Part shown: one piece after another, positions 13,001 through 30,589 of the stretch
Numbering within the stretch: position 1 is the stretch's first letter
Layout of the letters: the number at the start of each line of letters is the position of its first letter
Assembly (NCBI GenBank): GCA_009914755.4
Contig: CP068257.2
Location: 7,584,001 to 7,648,000 of the forward strand
Direction: 5' to 3'
DNA from: the human T2T-CHM13v2.0 reference genome, Homo sapiens
DNA: 64,000 nt
The notes under the pieces: model-generated
Told to the model about the DNA's origin: nothing
Seen by the model: the letters and a program-made list of their open reading frames with translations, nothing else
Databases searched by the model: none
Made by a program: the position numbers and the translations under genes

Positions 13001-13837
13001 TTCGGGGGAGAGACAATGATATAGCTGTCCATATTGCAGGTGGTGTACAACCCCCTGGGAATTTGTTCCTAATATTCAGTGGGGAAGATGATATTAATTA
13101 AAATGTCACGGGGGTTATACAACCCCTTTGTGATATTATTCCTAATATCCAGGGAAAGAAAGAATATTATTCCCAATATTGCAGGGGATGTACACCCCTC
13201 TCTGATACTCTTTCTAATATCCCTGGGGGGAGTCTATAATATTACTGGCAATATCATAAGGAGTGTATACCCCCCGTTATATTGTTCCTTATGTCCAGCA
13301 AGGGAGAAAATATTAATCCCAATATGGAACAGGGTGTAGACACCCATGAGTTATTGTTCCTAATATCCAGGGAGGGAAAGGATGATATTACTCCCAATGT
13401 TGCAGTGGTGTATAACCCCCCGTGATATTGTTCCTAATATCTAGGTGGGGAAAGTACAGTATTACTCCCAATATAGCAGGGGTTGTACACCACCTTTGTG
13501 ATATTGTTCTACATATCCATGGGGAAAGAAAATGATAGTACTCCCCAATATCACAGGTGGTGTACAACCCCTTGTGATACTGTTTCTAATATCCATGTTG
13601 GGGGAGGATATTACTCCCAATATTGCACGTGTTGCACAGACCCCCTTTGATATTGCTTGTACTATGCAGGGTGTGGGGGGAGAGGATGATATTGGGAGTA
13701 ATATCACCCTCTCTCCCCGGATATTAAAAGCAACATTCAGGGTGGTCGACACTTCCTGCAATATTGAGTATAATATCCTCTCCCAACCTGGATATTAGGA
13801 ACAATATCACAGGGGCATGTACACTCCCTTCCTTTCA
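10071..13837. repeat. Continuation of the same ~70-bp satellite. Orientation B covers 10071 to about 11040, orientation A about 11040 to 13690, and orientation B again about 13690 to 13837.
   Basis: The same unit as at 5000-6790. Orientation switches are visible where 'ggatattacNNNcaatatcacagg' units give way to 'gtgatattgttcctaatatcc' units. Confidence 0.85.
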
Positions 13838-15850
13838 CCATATACAAAAATCAACTCAAGATGGATGAAGGACTTATGTAAGACCCAAAACTATATAAAC
13901 CCTAGAAGAAAACTTAGGAAATATCATTCTGGACATAGGCGCAGGCAAATATTTCATGATGAAGATTCCAAAAGCAATTGCAACAAGAAGAATTGACGAG
14001 TGGGACCTAATGAAACTAAAGAGCTTCAGCACAGCAAAAGAAACTATCAACAGAGAACACCCTACAGAACAGAAGAAAATATTTTCAAATTACATATCTG
14101 AAAAAGGTCTAATACTTAGCATGTATAAAGAATCAATAAGCAAAAAACAAACCCACTACAAATAGGCAAAGAACATGAACCCCCACATTCACCATCCTCA
14201 AGTCCATGTGCAACTTCTTTCTGGATGCTGGACAAGGACTTGGGTACCAAGAGGGCACTGAACGGGTTAACACTTAAGCCGTCTGTGGATTCTTTTTTCA
14301 AAAGACAACGTATGTATGGCAAACAACCATATGAAAAAATACTCAACATCACTAATCATCAGAAAATCAGAACCATGAGATACCATATCACACCGGTCAG
14401 AATGGCTATTATTAAAAAATCAAAACATAACAGACGGTGCCAAGTTTGTGGAAAAAAGGGAATGCTTATACACTGCTGGTGGTGATATAGAAAGGAGACA
14501 GGGAACTACTGGGTAGAAGAGAGTGGTTCCCTGGCAAAGCCCTGCCCACAAGCCTGGAAACCCATGGCCCTAAATGGGAACAGGCATTCCTGCTTTTGCA
14601 CCCAAAAGTTGTCTTTCAGCTCACCATGCACCCCCTGTCCTGTACCCATATATGCCCCAGACCCCAGGCTCCAGAAGCAGACAAGCAGATGAGGAGATGA
14701 ACAGAAGAGGAGAATTGCAGAATGATGTGGCAGAAAGAAGAGAAGGAGCATCTGAATGCCAAGACGAGTTTGGCTGGCAGTGGTTGGAGAGATCAGCCTC
14801 TGGATGGCAAAGCTCCCGGGGAAGATCATCTTCCCATTCCATCCCCTTTCCAGCTTCCCATCCATCCCATTGAGTGCCACCTCCACCACTCAATAAAACC
14901 CCCACATTCACCATCCTCAAGTCTGTGTGCAACTTAATTCTTTCTGGATGCTGGACAAGGAACTGGGTACCAAGAGGGCACTGAACAGGTTAACACTTAA
15001 GCCATCTGTGGATGGCAAAGCTAAAAGAGTGCACTGTAACACATGCCCACTTGGGCTGTGGGAGTCGCAGGAACCCACCCCTAGACAGTACCATGGCCAC
15101 TTGCCCTGCCTATTGCACCTGCCTGTCTGCATGCCTCCCTGCCCAGTAAGGGGTTTGACAGCACACACGGTGGCCAGACAAGCCACACCCCTGTTGCACA
15201 TCCTGCCAAGGGGAGTCAGGGAAGTCTCCAGTTTCATCAGGAATGTAAATTTGTTCAGCCATTGTGGAAAGCAGTTTGGAGATTTCTGAAATAACTTAAA
15301 ACAGAACTACCATTCAACCCAGCAATCCCATTATTGGGTATATACCCAAAGGAATATAAATCATTCTGTCATAGACATATGTACGCAAATTTTCATTATA
15401 ACACTATTCACAATAGCAAAGACACGGAATCAACTTAGATGCCTGTTAACAGAAGACTGGATTAAAAAAATGCAGCGTACATACACCATGGAATACTACA
15501 CACCTATAAAATAGGATGAAATAATGTCTTTTGCAGCAACATGATTGGAGCTGGATACCATTATTCTAAGTGAATTAATGCAGGAACAGAAAACCACACA
15601 AACACTGCATGTTCTCACTTATAAGTGGGGGCTAAACATTGAGTCCACATGGACACAGAGAAGGGAACAATAGACACAAGGTCTACTGTGGGTGGAGAGT
15701 TGGGGGAGAGTGAGGATCAAAAAACTCCCTATTAGATACTACGTTCACTACCTGGATGACTACGTAATCTGTACACCAATCCCATTGACACACATTTTAC
15801 CCATATAATAAACCTGCACATGTACCCGCTGAACCTAAAATAAATGTTGG
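13838..15850 (+). mobile_element. LINE-1 3' portion (ORF2 C-terminus and 3'UTR), interrupted by a foreign insertion at about 14495-15240
   Basis: The translation 'FTIYKNQLKMDEGLM...MRYHITPVRMAIIKKSKHNRRC..CWW' is typical of the L1 ORF2 C-terminus. The 3' end 'aatgtaaatttgttcagccattgtggaaagcagtttggagatttc...gggtatatacccaaaggaatataaatcat' is also typical. Confidence 0.8.
14495..15240 (+). mobile_element. Unclassified, possibly LTR-like, insertion within the L1. A ~120-bp terminal segment is duplicated at 14175-14300.
   Basis: '..cattgagtgccacctccaccactcaataaaacccccacattcaccatcctcaagtc' has an LTR-like U3/R with AATAAA. The block 'cccccacattcaccatcctcaagtc..gggttaacacttaagcc' occurs at 14175-14300 and again at 14905-15020. 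Confidence 0.35.
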
Positions 15851-17693
15851 AAGGAAATAAAGTTACAACCAACTCTTGTACTATTGTGAGGAAACAATCA
15901 TATGTGTTGACAAAAAATCAGCTACTAATAGATTTATAATAGTATATATGTAGCAGAAAAATATCAGATATAACTTATATACCCAAAAGTATGATTTAAA
16001 AACAGCATGACAATCTTTATGATGGGATATTGTGCAACTACTAGAAGCACATTTTCAGAGATTATTTATTAACATATGATAATGACTACATTGAGTGGTT
16101 TTTAGAAGCATGAATTGAAACCATGTATAAGCATGACTTTATTGAACTTATATATAACATTACACACACGTTTACATAATTATAAAATAAGTATGCTCAT
16201 GTTCATAATATGTATTTATTTATATTCATATGTAAGGCCAATAGGAAGTAATCTCTGTATCTGAGTTATTATTTCATAAATAATTTATGCTTGTTCTGTG
16301 AAAATAAAAACACTGCTATGGATCTTCCAAGTATCCTGAAAGGATACCGTTTATAATTAAACAATAACAATTTTAGAAATAATTATTTTAAATAAGGCTA
16401 TGATAAATCTGGTTTCATTGCACACTTTAACTTTGGAACATTTCATGAAGCGTCCCTTGATCACGACTCTCATATTCAGGAGTTTTTTGAGATCAAAATG
16501 GGACAATCAGTATGAATCTATTTTTTAGACATGCAAATGGATAACTTTAAATAGCAGTAGCGATATAATCAGAGTGCACAGTTGCTCTGGGACAAAACTT
16601 GGAAATGAGCAAATTTTTAGATTCTTAATGTTTTACACACTTTAGCATTCCACAGCACCATTACATACTCATTTTTCTACTAGAATACCTTGGTAAAAAT
16701 TCACAGTAGAGATCAGGCTTGTCCTTCATACATTAACTAATCAAGTAGGAAAGTGCAAATGAGAACATAGTGCCAAACATAGGCACCACATGGAAACAAG
16801 CATGGAACTGCCAGGAAGCCATTTTTGTAGCTTTGTAGCCCAATTATATTTTTCCTAATGTATTGCACACAAAACTTGGGGGAAAAAAAAGAGGCAGAGA
16901 GAAAACAGGTTATATCAGTCCTATCTCACAATCCACAAGTTCATCCTGTTAGAGGAGTAACTATGTAAAACAAATTTTATCTGTTGAATGTCCTATTTAG
17001 TTAATCGCAAAACTGTACGAGAACACACTTGTGACTTATTTAGCAGCTTGTTTGTTCGCTTTCCACTGGCTTCACAAATGTCCTTTGGAAATAGAATGTA
17101 CATTTGGAACCTTGTACACCTTTTCTTTCTCCAGTACCCTCTTGTCACTTCCATCACTAAGGTGACAGAAGCAACTAGGGGCAATGCATTTGTAGCACAC
17201 CTGGGTCAGAGGTATCCTCCAGGGGAAGGATCAGACCTGCTTGAAAGCATGTCGTTGGAATTGGGAGGCTTTTAGTAGCTATAACATAAGCACTGATGTT
17301 TACTGTTCCCTGCCCTCCACTTTGATCACTCTGGGAAACGTTTTTTTTTCTTAAAAAATCAATTGTATTGAAACATAATTTACATAAAATAAATACTATT
17401 TTAAAGTGCACAGTTTGCTGAGTTTTGCCAGGTGTAACCATCCAGGTGAATGAAATTGATTAAACTGATCTTTCAAATAATAAATTAACTTTGCAATCTT
17501 GCTAGAAATTTAATTGGTTCACAGTTTATTATCCATTCTATGTACTGCTACATTCAATTGGTTATTATGTTTTAAGGACTTTTGAGTCTATGTTTATGAG
17601 GGATAAACATCAAAGTTGTATAATGCCTTTGTCTCGATTTGGAATCGGCAATACTGGGTTCATAAAATAAGATAGGAAATGTCCCTTTAAATT

Positions 17694-18000
<307 letters not shown>

Positions 18001-19593
18001 TTAAATTCTATTTCTTAAAAAGAGTCCGTTCAAGATTGATGTTATAGATACTCCTCAACTTACAATTGTTTTATGTCTTAATGAACTCATCCTAAATTGA
18101 AAATATTGTAAGTCTAAAACGCATTTAATATATTTAACCTACTGAATATCATGACTTAGCCTCGCCTACCTTAAACTTGCTCAGAACACTTACATTATCC
18201 TACAATTGGGCAAAATCATCTACCACAAGGCCCATTTTAAAATATTGAGTATCTCATGAAATTTATTGAAAACTATACTGATAGTGAAAAACTGGTCATA
18301 TTGATGCTCATCATTAACGTACACAGATGAAAGCACCATTATCAAGTAAGAAGAGCACAAGTCAAGCCACTGTAAGTTGAGGACTCTCTGTACTTTCTTA
18401 AATGTTTGATAGAATTCACCTGAGAAAGCATGTAGCCTGTAATTATAGAAATCTTTTTTAATTAAAAAAATTCTTCAATACATAGAGAAGCTATTACTTT
18501 TTCTATTTCATTTTGCATTAGTTTTAAGAATTAGTTTTACAAATAATTTCCCATGTTATTTTAATTGTCAAATGTATTGGCCTAAAGTTTTCATAATTAT
18601 ATTGATGTCTGTAGGTTCTGTAGTTACATCCTCTATTTAATTCCCATTATCTACATTATGTAGCTTCTGTAATTTTTTTCGAGATAAATCTTGCTAGCCA
18701 TTGTTTATTAAAAAATTTTTTTCAAAGAACCAATTTGTGGGTATATTAATTAGCTCCACCTTTTGTTATTTGCTATGTTGTTGGTTTACATTTTTATCTT
18801 TATCATCTTCCTTCCTCTTAATTTGGATATACTTTGCTCATTTTTTAGCCTCTTAAAAAAGAACCTAAAGGTCATTGATTGAAGCCTTTTATTTTCAATA
18901 TATTACATCTATAAATGTACCTTTAAGAAACGATTTATCTGCATCCCACATTTTATTAAGTTTTTAAAAAATTTTCTTTCAGTTTAAACTATTTTTTTTG
19001 TGTGTGAAACTTTTCTTGGCCAATAGGCTTTTCTGAAGTATTTTGTGTAATGTTCAAATGTTGGGGTGTTATTGTACATATCCTACTGTTGTCCATCTCT
19101 GGTTCATGATACAATGCATGTTCTCCATTGCACTTAGATAACATGCCTCCATGTCTCTGGAGAATTCCTCAGTCTTTCTAAAATGCTTTTGATGAATACT
19201 GGCAGTTATTTTGTAGAATGTCCCTCCTCAATTTCAGTTAGTCTGATGTTTTCTCACGGTTAGGACTAAAGTTATACATTTTGTCTAAGAATACCATAGA
19301 ATTGATGTTTTGTCCTACTCAGTGCATCATATAAGAAGTTACATGAAGTTCATTTATCTTATTATTAGTAATGTTAACTTTGATCACTTGGCTAAGTTGA
19401 CATCTCCACTTTGAAGTTACTATTCTGTAATTATCTTGTGGGAAGATACTTTCATATTATGCAAATATGTTCTTTCCCAACATATACTCACCACTAATCT
19501 TAGCATCCCTCCAAGGTTCTTTCTTGCAACAATTATTACTATGATATTTGCAAAGTGATGATTCTTATATTTTATGTCTCCTACATTTAATGA

Positions 19594-19948
<355 letters not shown>

Positions 19949-21271
19949 GGATTAATTGAAAATTTTCTTCTGTAGATTGTAATATATTACTATTGTTATC
20001 TATTTTATTGCCCCAATTTTCTCAAATTTGGCTATGGAAGTTTATTCAAAGTGGATCTGTTTCCCTTTCACATTTTCCCCATTTTGTGAGCATTTCCTTA
20101 CTTCCTAACATGACAAAATATTTCAAACTAATCTTGTATTTTCCCTGCCCAATCCTGATATCAAATATGTCCCCAAGGAGCCTTGGTTCCTTTAATTGGA
20201 GAGTGGTGTTCTCATTGTTACTGGGATGATGTTGTTTCTAGGCCCTTTTGTTAGAGGAGCTAGAAAATATATGTATGTATACTCACACATTTATACACAT
20301 CTGTACTTATTTATACAATTATCCATCTGTACGTATACTAAAAACAATGATTTCATGAAGCTTTTGATCCCAATCCAACACTAGATAAAGACTATATAGG
20401 CCCATTTATTTGCAAGTCAGCACATAAACATAGAAGAATTATTAACAATATAAGCTGTAGCTTATGCTAAATGTTGGTAGGAACAGACAATAAGTTATGG
20501 AGAACTTCAGAGGACACTAAGGTTGGATGGGATTTTGGAAGTTGTACAGGTCAATGCCACTCCATCTATTGGCTGAGTTTCACTAGGTTAATACATGAAC
20601 AACAACAAAAATAACCTAGATCAGAAGTTAAAGATCATTTTATTGACTATCTGCCGTGTCTGTGCCATTGCAGTGTACTAGGTGCACTTACGAGTCCTCT
20701 ACTTACAAACTGCTTTTCACAAAATATGAAACTCCAGGCAAAGGTTCAGACATACGACGTTTGTTTTTAAAATCTTTCTACAGCCTTGTATCCTTTTTCC
20801 TTTCCTTCCTTTTACCCTTTTTAAAATGTGTTATGAGTTTTATCTTAGACTAACATCATCTGAAATGTTGCTATACGCCAGTATTCAGTTGCTGTGTTTG
20901 ATGAATCATAAAATGGTGTAAAACTTCAATTAGTGTACTTTTTAAATAAAGTATCTATGAATGCATCCAGCAAAATGTTTATGATTTGAGTATTCAGAAA
21001 ATATTACTTTTCTCTGGATCTAACAATAATGTGAAAACCCAAAATGAATATAAAATGTTAGCTAATAATAGATTTCAAAGTATTCTACAAGTACGAAAAA
21101 TATATGATATTGTTACTTTCATATATGTAAAACACTAATAATTTTTGTCAACATAAACATCATCTTTACACCTAAACTTGTATTAATTCAATTAAGATTT
21201 AATATAGTATCCTAAAGTCATCAAATATTCAAAAATAGGTTGTATTCTGACTTGAAATATACATAAAATTA

Positions 21272-21643
<372 letters not shown>

Positions 21644-22234
21644 CTAATAATCCTGAGTTTGGTTTTCTTGGTTTTATTTTTTCATTTAGTTTTGTTCACT
21701 TTGACCAGTGGGCTGGTGGTTCTTAGGTGCACCAAGGTTTTCATTTTTCAGTTCAAGATTTGAAAACCTTAATGTGGTAATTTCTCTAATTTTTTTGACA
21801 GTTACGTCCCAGGTTGCAAGTTAAAATAAAATTCCCATTTTACTAAAGTCCTTGGTTTATTAATGATTTTATAATGACTTAATATATAATTTAATGAGTA
21901 ATGAGGGGTACTACATTTCAGAAATAAACACTGAAGAACTTATTCATGGAACCAAACACCACCTGTTTCTCAAACACCTATTAAAATAAAAATACATATA
22001 AATAATTTTTAAAAATAAACACTAAAAATAAAGTGAAAATGAAAAAATATATATCCAGGTTAAAAAAAAAACTACTTCAGTTAAACAATAAATACTTTTT
22101 GGGGGGACTCAACTCTACTACAAAATTATTCGTTGTTTATTATAATCAATAATACAGGTAAAATAATAAGTTTTTAAAAATTTAAAAATTGTAAAAAATA
22201 AAACGATATTAACAAATATTGGTATACTGGTGAA

Positions 22235-22577
22235 GGCCGGGCTCAGTGGCTGCTTTCCAAAGTGGTTACACCAGTCGGGCATGGTGGCACACACCTGTAA
22301 TCTCAGCACTTCCGGAAGCTGAAGCAGGCAGATCACTTGAGCTCAGGAGTTTGACACAAACCTGGGCTACATGACAACACCCCATTTCTACCAAAAACTG
22401 TAAAAATCAGCTGCTCATGATAGCATGCACCTGTAAGTCCCAGCTACTTAGGAGGCTGAGGTGAGAGGATCACTTGTGCCTGGAAGGTCACAGCTGCACT
22501 GGCCATGTTCATGTCACTGCACTCCAGCCTGCGCAACAGAGCAAGATTTTGTCTCAAAAAAAAAAAAAAAGTTGGTG
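22235..22577 (+). mobile_element. Alu
   Basis: 'ggccgggctcagtggctg...gtcccagctacttaggaggctgaggtgagaggatcacttg...' ends in a poly(A) tail. Confidence 0.85.
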
Positions 22578-22669
22578 ACAATTGGAATACTTGGAACTCA
22601 CATACATTACTGGTGGGAATATAAAATGGTGTAATCAATTTGGGTGTTTTCTTGGCATTTGATTTTTTT

Positions 22670-22795
22670 AAAAAATCAAGATATTGTTTCCCTATGTTGC
22701 CCAGGGTGGTCCTGAACTCCCGAGCTAAGAAAATCCTCCAAACTCAGCGTCTCAAATACCTGAGATTAAAGGTGTGAGCCACTGTGCCTGACCAG
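22670..22795 (-). mobile_element. Alu fragment
   Basis: 'tgttgcccagggtggtcctgaactcccgagctaag...aaaggtgtgagccactgtgcctgacc'. Confidence 0.7.
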
Positions 22796-23344
22796 TGTAA
22801 CCACTTTGAAAAACAACGTGGCAGTTTCTCAAAGACTAAATGTATAGTAATCACATAATGCAACAATTTCACTCCTGAGTGTAAATCCAAGAGAAATAAA
22901 AATATATGTTCACACTAAAACTTACGTACGAGTGTTCATAGCAGCCTGACTCATGATGGTGAATACGCAAAAACAACACAAATGTCCATCAACTAATGAA
23001 TGGATAAACATAAAATATTACTCAGCTACAAAAGGAAAGAAATCCTGATACACACTATAACATGAAAGAAATTTGAAAACATTCTGCTAAGAGAAAAAAA
23101 AGCAAATTACAAAAGATCACACATTGTACAATTCTATTTCTATAAAAGGTCCAGATTAGGCAAAACTACAATGACAGAAAATAAATCACTGGTTGCCTAT
23201 GAACATGGGGTACGTAGGAGGTAGCGGCTAAGAGGTGAGGGTTTCTCACTCATAAGTGGGTAACTCACAAGTGGGTAATCACTTCTAAGAAAGACTGTGG
23301 TGATGGATGCACAGCTCCTTGAATATTCTAAAAACCACTCAATT

Positions 23345-23653
23345 GTATACTTTCTTTTTTTCTTTAGTTATTTAAAGACGGTCTCCTTTTGTCACCCATG
23401 CTGTAGTGCAGTGGTGCCATCTGGTCTCACTGCAACCTATGGCTTCTGGGCTCAAGTGATCTTCCAGTCTCATGTCCCCAAGTAGTTGGGACTACAGGCA
23501 TGAGCCACCACACCAAGCTAATTTTTGTATTTTTGCTAGAGATGCTGTTTTGCCATGTTGCCCAGGCTAGTCGCAAACTCCTGAACACAAGCGATCCACC
23601 TGCCTCAGCTGCCCAAAGTCTTAGCGTTATAGGAATTAGCCACTGCACCTGGC
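23345..23653 (-). mobile_element. Alu
   Basis: 'aaagacggtctccttttgtcacccatgctgtagtgcagtggtgccatctggtctcactgcaacc...attagccactgcacctggcc'. Confidence 0.85.
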
Positions 23654-23726
23654 CTGAATTGTGTACTTTGATAAATGAATTGCATGATACGTTAATCATA
23701 TTTCAATAACGTTATTATTTTAAAAA

Positions 23727-24363
<637 letters not shown>

Positions 24364-24658
24364 TTATCACCTTCTGAGAGTAATCAACATTCAGGAGGAA
24401 CATAGAAGAACAAAAGACCACTGAATGGTTGAGGGTGGGTTGCTGGTTAGGTTCAGTGGCCAGCTGAGTAGTATCTGAAAAATTCTTTAGTAAAATTATG
24501 GCACTAGGGGTGAGTCATGCAGTCGAAGGATGAATACTAAATCCAGTACAAACACCCATGGTCTTTCTTTACATGAATTCCAGTGAAAAATTTCTAAGTG
24601 CCTAAAATAGCAAGTGGTCTGAAATGATGGCAGCAGTTTATTAAAGACTGAAAAAAGA

Positions 24659-25021
<363 letters not shown>

Positions 25022-25423
25022 CTACTGATTTGAGTTAGCCAATATAACACTATCTTAGATAAAGTGTACAAACAACTCAATTTCATCTCCTCATTAATAA
25101 CTGATTAGTCTAATATCAATTCTGATTTTTAAAAAGCTAATTAGAAAAAGAATTAATTATAGAATCAATAAGAGGTTTGAATAGTTACAAGCTATTCAAA
25201 GGAGAATTCAAAAAACCATTCAGGTATGAGGCCATAAAGTATGATGAAATAAATTTCATTAATATATTTTAAAATAAACTGATTAGACAGGCAACAACAC
25301 CTGGGCACGGGTCTCCTCACCTCCAGCAACACAAACCCAATCGCGCAGCTATGGGGTTGCAAAGGCTGCATAGTGACAAACAGACTGCTCTGAGCTGAGA
25401 TTTCTTTACTTGTATCTGTATTC

Positions 25424-25863
25424 TGAGACCGGGTCTCACTCTGTCACTCTGGCTGCAATGCAGGGGTGCACTCATAGCTAACTGCAGCCGTGACCTCCTG
25501 GGCTCCGGGGATCCTCCTGCCTCACCCTCACCATAGCTACGGCTACAGATGAACACCAAAACACCCAGCTAATTTTTTTTTTTTTTTTTTTTTTTGTAGA
25601 AAGAGGAGCCTTGCTATGTTGCCCAAGCTGGCCTCAAACTCCCGCCCTCAAGAGATCTACCCACCTCAACAACCTAAGTAACAGGTTCTACAGGAAAATA
25701 CCACTATGCCGGGATAATTATATTTTATTAATTTTTATTTGCATAGACAGGAAGTCTTGCTGTGTTGCCCAGGGTGGTCTCAAACTCCTGGACTCAAACC
25801 ATTCTCCCATCTCTGCCTCCCAAAGTGCTGAAGCTACGGGCATAAGCCACTACACCTGGCCCG
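25424..25863 (-). mobile_element. Alu element with an expanded internal T-run, followed by a second partial Alu
   Basis: 'gagaccgggtctcactctgtcactctggctgcaatgcagg...cacccagctaattttttttttt...gtagaaagaggagccttgctatgttgcccaagctggcctcaaactcc...ccactacacctggccc'. Confidence 0.75.
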
Positions 25864-26484
25864 ACTTAAGATCTCTGTAATCTAGCATCCCATACTTCAT
25901 ATAATTGGGAAAAGCAGTAGTGGTTTTTTTTTAATTACTTAACATTTCAACAAGAATCAACCATCTCTCACCATTGCCAGGGCCCTGGTCAGAACCACTA
26001 TCATCTCCCACCTGGAGGTTGCCACAGCATGGCCTCCCTGCTTCTACCCAAATCTTCCCACAATCTTTGTCAACTCAGCTGCCATGGGATGCTTTTAAAT
26101 CAGTAGACAGTTCGTGTCAACTCTCTGCTCAGAACCCTTCCGCATCTCCCATCTCAGACAGAATAAAAACCAAAGCCCCAGCAATAGCCTCCCAGGGCTT
26201 ACACAATCTGTACTGATCTGAGTCCAACAACTCCCTGGCCTCCTTCCCTACTTCTCTCCCTCTCTCTACTCCACAGACCTCTTTCCTGAGCTTCAGACAC
26301 ACCACGGAGTTCCCTCTTAGCATCTTTATTCTGTTGTTTCTGCCTAAAATGCTCTTCCCTCAGTACCTTGGCCAGCTCCTTCCCCTCCTTCAAGTCTTTG
26401 CTCAATTTTCACTTAGGAGGCCAACCCTGACCACTCTATTTAATATTGCTATCTGTCCCTATTCCTGCCATGCTCACTCATTTC

Positions 26485-26785
26485 TTTTTTCTTTTTTTTT
26501 CTAAGATATAATCTCGCTGTGTCACTCAGACTGGGGTGCCATGGCACGATCACAACGCACTGAGACCTGGAGCTCCTAGGTCAAGAAATTGTCCTGCCTC
26601 AGGGCCTCTAGTAGCTAAGACTACAAGTGCATGCCACCACACCCGCTAATTTTTTTTTTTTTTCCATGTAGACAGGGTATCATTTTGTTGCCCAGACTTA
26701 TCGTGAACTCCTGGGCCAAAGCAACCATCCTGCCTCAGCCTCCTAAATAGCTGGAATTATAGGTGTGGGCCACCAATTCTGGCTT
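26485..26785 (-). mobile_element. Alu
   Basis: 'ctaagatataatctcgctgtgtcactcagactggggtgccatggcacgatcacaacgcactgagac...ataggtgtgggccaccaattctggc'. Confidence 0.8.
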
Positions 26786-27149
26786 CATGTTCATTTCTTC
26801 TTGCCGCTGTTACAAACTACCCTACATTGAGTGGCTTAATACACCACAAATCTACTCACTAAGAGGTCTGGGGGCCAGAAGTCCAAAATAGGTCTATTAA
26901 GGCTAAAGTCAAGGTGCCAGCAGGACTGCATCCCTTCTGGAGGTTCTGGAGAGAATATGTTCCCTTGCCTTTCCCAGTTGCTAAAGCCACTCCTATTCTT
27001 TGGCTCATGGCCCCTAACTGCATCTTCAAAGCCTGAAGCAAAGCATATTCAAATCTCCCTCTGTGACCTGTGCTTCCATCATCAAATCTCCTTCAATTCG
27101 GACTCTCTTACCTCCCTCTTTCACTTATAAAGACCTCTTGTGATTGCTG

Positions 27150-27605
<456 letters not shown>

Positions 27606-28110
27606 TTGGTTTCTGCCCCTCATCCTGGCAAAGAGCTTCTCAAGCTCTTATAAAGGCCTTGGTGATGAAAGTGATGGGGCATCTTCTGTTTCAATATTTG
27701 GTCTTAGTCCCAGGTTTCTAACACAAGAGCCTCTAAGACCTTTGGGATCACCATAGTAAGAATGCATTTGGTGATGTTACTGAGATGACTGGGTGACTGA
27801 AAGCTTGTAGACAGCTTCAGAAAAAGGGGTGGTTGTTGTCAGAAGAACAAACCATGTGATTAGAGGCTTGGAACTGTCAGTCTCACCCCCTGGGCTCCAG
27901 GAAGAAATAGTGGCCGAAGACTGACTTAATCACCAATGGTCAATGACTTCACCAATCATGCCTGCATAATGAAGCGTTCATAAGCGCCCTCAACAGCTGG
28001 AGTTGGAGAATGTCTGGGTTGCTGAACACAAGGGAGATACCAGGAATGTAATATGCACAATAGAGGACATGGAAGTTCTGTACCCCTCTCGACATACCTT
28101 GCCCTGTGTG

Positions 28111-28445
28111 TTTTTTGTTTTTTTTTTGAGACAGAGTCTGGCTCTGTCTCCCAGCCTAGAGTGTCATGGCACAATCATGGCTCACTGCGAACTATGCCTC
28201 CCTATCTCAAGCCCCATCCTCTCATCCTCTCACCTCAGCCTCCTGAGTAGCTAGAATTATAGGCACTGAGTAGCTAGAACTATAGATAACTGTGCCTGGC
28301 TAATTTTTAGAAAAATCTTTTTGTAGAGATGCATTTTCACCTTGTTACCCAGGCTGGTCTTAATCTCCTGAGCACTTAAGTGATGCTCCCGCCTCAGTCT
28401 CCCAAAGTGCTGAAATTACAGGCATGAGCCACTGTGCCCAGCATG
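28111..28445 (-). mobile_element. Alu
   Basis: 'tttttttttgagacagagtctggctctgtctcccagcctagagtgtcatggcacaatcatggctcactgcgaac...ggcatgagccactgtgcccagc'. Confidence 0.85.
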
Positions 28446-28478
28446 TACATCTCTTTCACTGGCTGTTTCTGAGATTTA

Positions 28479-28812
<334 letters not shown>

Positions 28813-29079
28813 AATCTGTTTTTCTGAGTTCTGCAAGCTGTCCGAGCAAATGATTCCACCCACCAATGGGGGTCATGAAACCCTGTTTTCTAACTGGTTG
28901 GTCAAAACTACATGTAACAACCCAAGACTTGCAATTGGTATGTGGAGTGAGGGTAGACTCCTGGGACTGAGCTCCCATCCTGCAGGGTCTGCACTAACTC
29001 CAGGGAGTGTCAGGATGGAATTGTGGGATACCCAGTTGGGATCCAGATTGTCTGAAAATCAGTGTAGAAACTCCACATG

Positions 29080-29964
<885 letters not shown>

Positions 29965-30094
29965 TTACAACCCAGTGATGGGCTACCACAACTCAACACA
30001 GCAAAGAGTTGCCAAGCTCCCTTTCTCCCCTGCACAACCAGACACAGAAGAGTTGGTGTAGTGGAATGAGGCTGGATGGAGAGAAGTTCTTCTT

Positions 30095-30392
30095 CTTTCT
30101 TTCCTTTTTTTTTTGAGATGGACTCTCACTCTGTCACACAGGCTGGGGTGCAGTGGTGCAATCTCGGTCACTGTAACCTCTGCCTTATGGGTTTAATCAA
30201 TTCTCTGCCTCAGCCTTCCGAATACCTGGGATTAGAGGCACCCCCCACCACACCCAGCTAATTTTTTTTTTTTTAGTGGAGACTGGGTTTCACTATGTTG
30301 GCCAGGCTGGTCTTGAACTCCTGACATTAGGTGATCTACTCACCTCGGTCTCCAAAAGTGCTAGGATTACAGGCATGAGCCGCTGTGCCCAG
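30095..30392 (-). mobile_element. Alu
   Basis: 'ttttttttgagatggactctcactctgtcacacaggctggggtgcagtggtgcaatctcggtcactgtaacc...ggcatgagccgctgtgcccagcc'. Confidence 0.9.
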
Positions 30393-30589
30393 CCAAGAAG
30401 TTCCTCTTCTTACTTAGAAAACAGATCACAGGGCATCAAGTAACACGTAAAATCCTCTATAATAAGCAGTATTATTTTTGGAAAACATTTCCTAATATTT
30501 TGGTATCAGTGAAAAGCCTCAGATTAATTTCAAACACTATAAAAATACAATACATAAACAGAAAATATTAACTGTCAGCAATGCTATAG

